DNA of 64,000 bases from Raillietiella orientalis. Taxonomy: Eukaryota. Below, one piece after another: positions 61,051-64,000 of this stretch. Below the pieces are notes generated by a model. It was given only the letters and a program-made list of their open reading frames with translations, made no database searches and was not told where the DNA came from. Position numbers and translations under genes: made by a program. The DNA is taken from positions 1,426,001 through 1,490,000 of the forward strand of contig JAYWIR010000043.1 of the NCBI GenBank assembly GCA_036172245.1, given 5' to 3'. Position 1 is the stretch's first letter. Every line of letters starts with the position of its first letter.

Positions 61051-62989
61051 ACTGTTCCCTTCTTAGTGAATTCGCTTATCACATGGAGCTCAGCAACGGC
61101 GTCATAAAATGAAGTTTGAGCTCACTCTGCAGAGAACAGGGAATCATTTTATCGTCCGTCTGCCATGGGCGAAACCTTCAGATAAGTGCCAAAGGGTAGT
61201 GAGGGTCCATTGTTCACTCTCCTCCATCCCGTGCACTTTATCTGCCATTCTCTGCAGCGAGTGCTCCTGCTCTCATCGGCGCACTAAAATGGCGGGAACT
61301 CTTCCCATAAATTCCTGAATGCATGGTAGTGAGCTGCGATCCGTTTGCCCCGTCGGGGGCGTGGGTATTTCAAAGTTGCTGCCGCCGCCCTGTGGAACAT
61401 CTCATCGGCGTCCACCAATTCAGCGCACGGGCGAAAGGCAGTCGAGAAACTCGAGGCTTCGGGCACCCACGTTTCCAGGGGATCAAATGATCCCAAGGAG
61501 GAAAGCGCTGCCATGGCATTTCGACGATTCCTCCCGGAAGGTATGAACAATTTCCTACCCTCAACAGGAACAGAAGCTCAACGATGTGGAAACATCGTCA
61601 GAGAAAAAAAAAAAAAATGCTGAAGTGTTCACACGAAAGCATGCGCCTGCGACACCTGAAGATGCCCGTGGTTCAGCGATAGTCCCAGAAAAGAAGATTG
61701 GGGATGACAGTCGGATTAAGGAGCCAATTTTCATCAAAAAATCATCATTTGTTCGATGATGAATTGCAATTTTAGTCCATTTCCGAAGATGACGTTGCGG
61801 TTGCCTCGAACAGCATTGGTGGTACCCGAAAAGTACTGACCGTTTCTCGACCTGGAGGAGAATTTTCGCTGCCCTTTGATTCAAATCCTAAATCGGTCCT
61901 CTTCCTCTCGCCAGCAACCGTTTCTATCACACATCTATCCAAAATTAACGCAATGCTCTCCTGCCAGCAAAGTGATTGGGCGTGGTTCTTGCGGTGATTT
62001 GGACTGGCAGGAGTGTCTGGCTGTCCTCCTATGTCGGCGACATCACTCCAGCCTCTCTTCCAAACGTAGAAGCCTTTCGTTTTAAAGCTGTTTGGAAGCC
62101 CAAATCACGTGAGCAATAGGAGATTTTTTTCCCCTGCTAGTTTCAATAAACTGGCACTCTTCCCACCGCATTCGTCGACAACCTAACAAGTCTGTGGCAG
62201 TAAATTAGTAGGGAGACAGTTCCAGGATCCCTTCTCTTTCATCGGACAAAAAATCTCAAGATCCACTTGACTCGAAGTTTCGCTGATATCGGAGGTCTGA
62301 TGAGCGGCAAGGCTCCCACAGGAACACGGGGGGAATCCATTTGAGTTTTTGATAGGTGAAGGGAATGATAAATGCAGTTGATTTGCTCTTTTCCTATACA
62401 ATAATTCTCTTTATGGGGAAAGTAGCCCATGTGGTGTATGCCATCGGAGGACCCGCTCGGATAACGCGTTAAGACGATTCAATTTCACCGCATCTCTTCC
62501 CATGTCTTGGATCATAAGATCCAAATTTTAACTTTATCCACTAACGATCGAAAACCTGGAGGGAACTGCAGCTACGACAACGAAAATTTTCATCCCTGCT
62601 GATTTTTAGAATGGACTCTCTCCTGGCGTTTCTGGACTCGCCTTGTGAATGGAGGGTCTCACTGTAGAAGCTAAGAGTTACAGTTCCTTCAAGGAGTTTC
62701 TTGCAGTCACCGTTCTTCAATTAGCATCGGGGCAAATATGGAAAGTAGCGGTTTCAGAGGGGGGTGGTTATTGGCTCTGAGCTGTAAAGAGAAAAATGAT
62801 GCATCAGAGCTAAGGAAAAAGCTGAATTCTAAAACTTCACAGTGGTAGAGCAATCTGTTTGACAACTCCAGCTGAGCTGGCAGCGCATGAGCACTCGAAC
62901 TGCTTCCTTAAAAGGGAAAAGAATTGAAAAATTCTGCTTTGAGAAAGAAATGATCTTAAAGAGGATGCTATTTTTTCTTACTCGTTTCT

Positions 62990-63765
62990 TCATCACAGGC
63001 CGTGGTTTCCGCTGGTTTTCCCTCCCTTAATGAGTTCTTGGACAGTCTCATCTTCCCCCTCGAGTGGCAGGAGTCAGAGAGCTTGATCTTGCCCATGAAA
63101 CTCACGCCCGCATCAATGCACCCTGGGAAGTGAGGACACGAACTGCTGCAGGTGCAGAGAAAGGGAATCACTCCCTCACCTACTCGTGGACTGTGCTTCC
63201 CTCCGGCCTCTATGGGCCCCATTTCACCACGAGCCTCCACATACTGGTTGGCAACCTCAATGACATGCTCGAACTCTTCGTGCGAGTTCAAGCATGTCAT
63301 CTTCGTGCGAGATGCACTGCGACCAGTCGCTTCCTTAGATGCTCCTGGCTGCATTCCGGGGATTGTGATGGCCTGGAGCGAAGCAGGAAGAGGACGAGAC
63401 GGAAGGGACGCCATCCAATTCGCTATTCCCTTCCTGCGAATGGCAGCCATATAGCCCACTGGGGAGCATGCAGATGGAACTTGCCGGCATTCTAGAAAGC
63501 ATGCTGAGAAAGCCCCAAGCAAAATATGATCCCATCCTGTACCCCACAGCGTTTTTTTCTCTTATTTATTCTTATTTTTTATTTTTTTTTAAATTTTATT
63601 CTTGTGTGTTTCCCTCCCCTGTTCTGACAAGGCGAACCTGGCTAGTCCGCGTACCGGCACCTTGGCAGGTTCCCTGTGCAGATGAGGATGGGGAACCACA
63701 TGTCGCATTACTACGTCTGAATGTTGTTTTTTTCAATAAATGGCACGGCGTGACCAGGTGGCAAC
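62990..63765 (+). mobile_element. Family A LINE 3' fragment with 3'UTR
   Basis: IFVRDALRPVASLDAPGCIPGIVMAWSEA..DAIQFA..ELAGILESM, T-rich tract, hairpins, AATAAA 63735-63740. Confidence 0.85.
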
Positions 63766-64000
63766 CTCTGATAAGGTCTCCATATCGCCATCACGTTTTT
63801 GAAGTTCGTAGTCTGAAATGGATGGTGCGCATTAGCGTTTGAGGGTTCAATACCATTGAGATCAGCGGTTGCCACAGACAGATGATGAAGGAATTCTCCG
63901 CCATCATCTCCGTAAGACACTCTTCTCTATCCAATCTTTTGGATGAGCCTGCGGCGGTGGGGAAATGCCCATCGGAGCCAGCGGCTCAATGATGCTTCCA

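Overview
Eukaryotic (invertebrate, probably arthropod) nuclear DNA, with no intact host gene that I can support. The window is a dense mosaic of decayed elements. (i) Many fragments of L1/Tx1-clade LINEs, including two long remnants (1255-4465 and 39560-43800, both minus) and at least seven 3' fragments of one lineage ('family A'), several of which share a structured, poly(A)-less 3' end. (ii) A second multicopy element ('family B') that looks like an ORF1-only, poly(A)-tailed, HAL1-like non-autonomous retroelement whose ORF ends in ~13-14 aa FG-rich repeats. (iii) An RLE-type non-LTR fragment and a hAT transposase remnant. (iv) A ~510 bp mitochondrial insertion (NUMT: nad2 end?-trnQ-trnC-trnY-trnW-cox1 start) containing a 45-nt armless tRNA-Cys. 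(v) Frameshifted remnants resembling NACHT, LRR, PARP, RBR and PHD genes. There is also a 119-bp-arm foldback and a ~99% identical inverted copy 37 kb apart that looks like a templated repair or conversion event. All protein calls come from motifs recognised by eye across frameshifts, and most boundaries are approximate.
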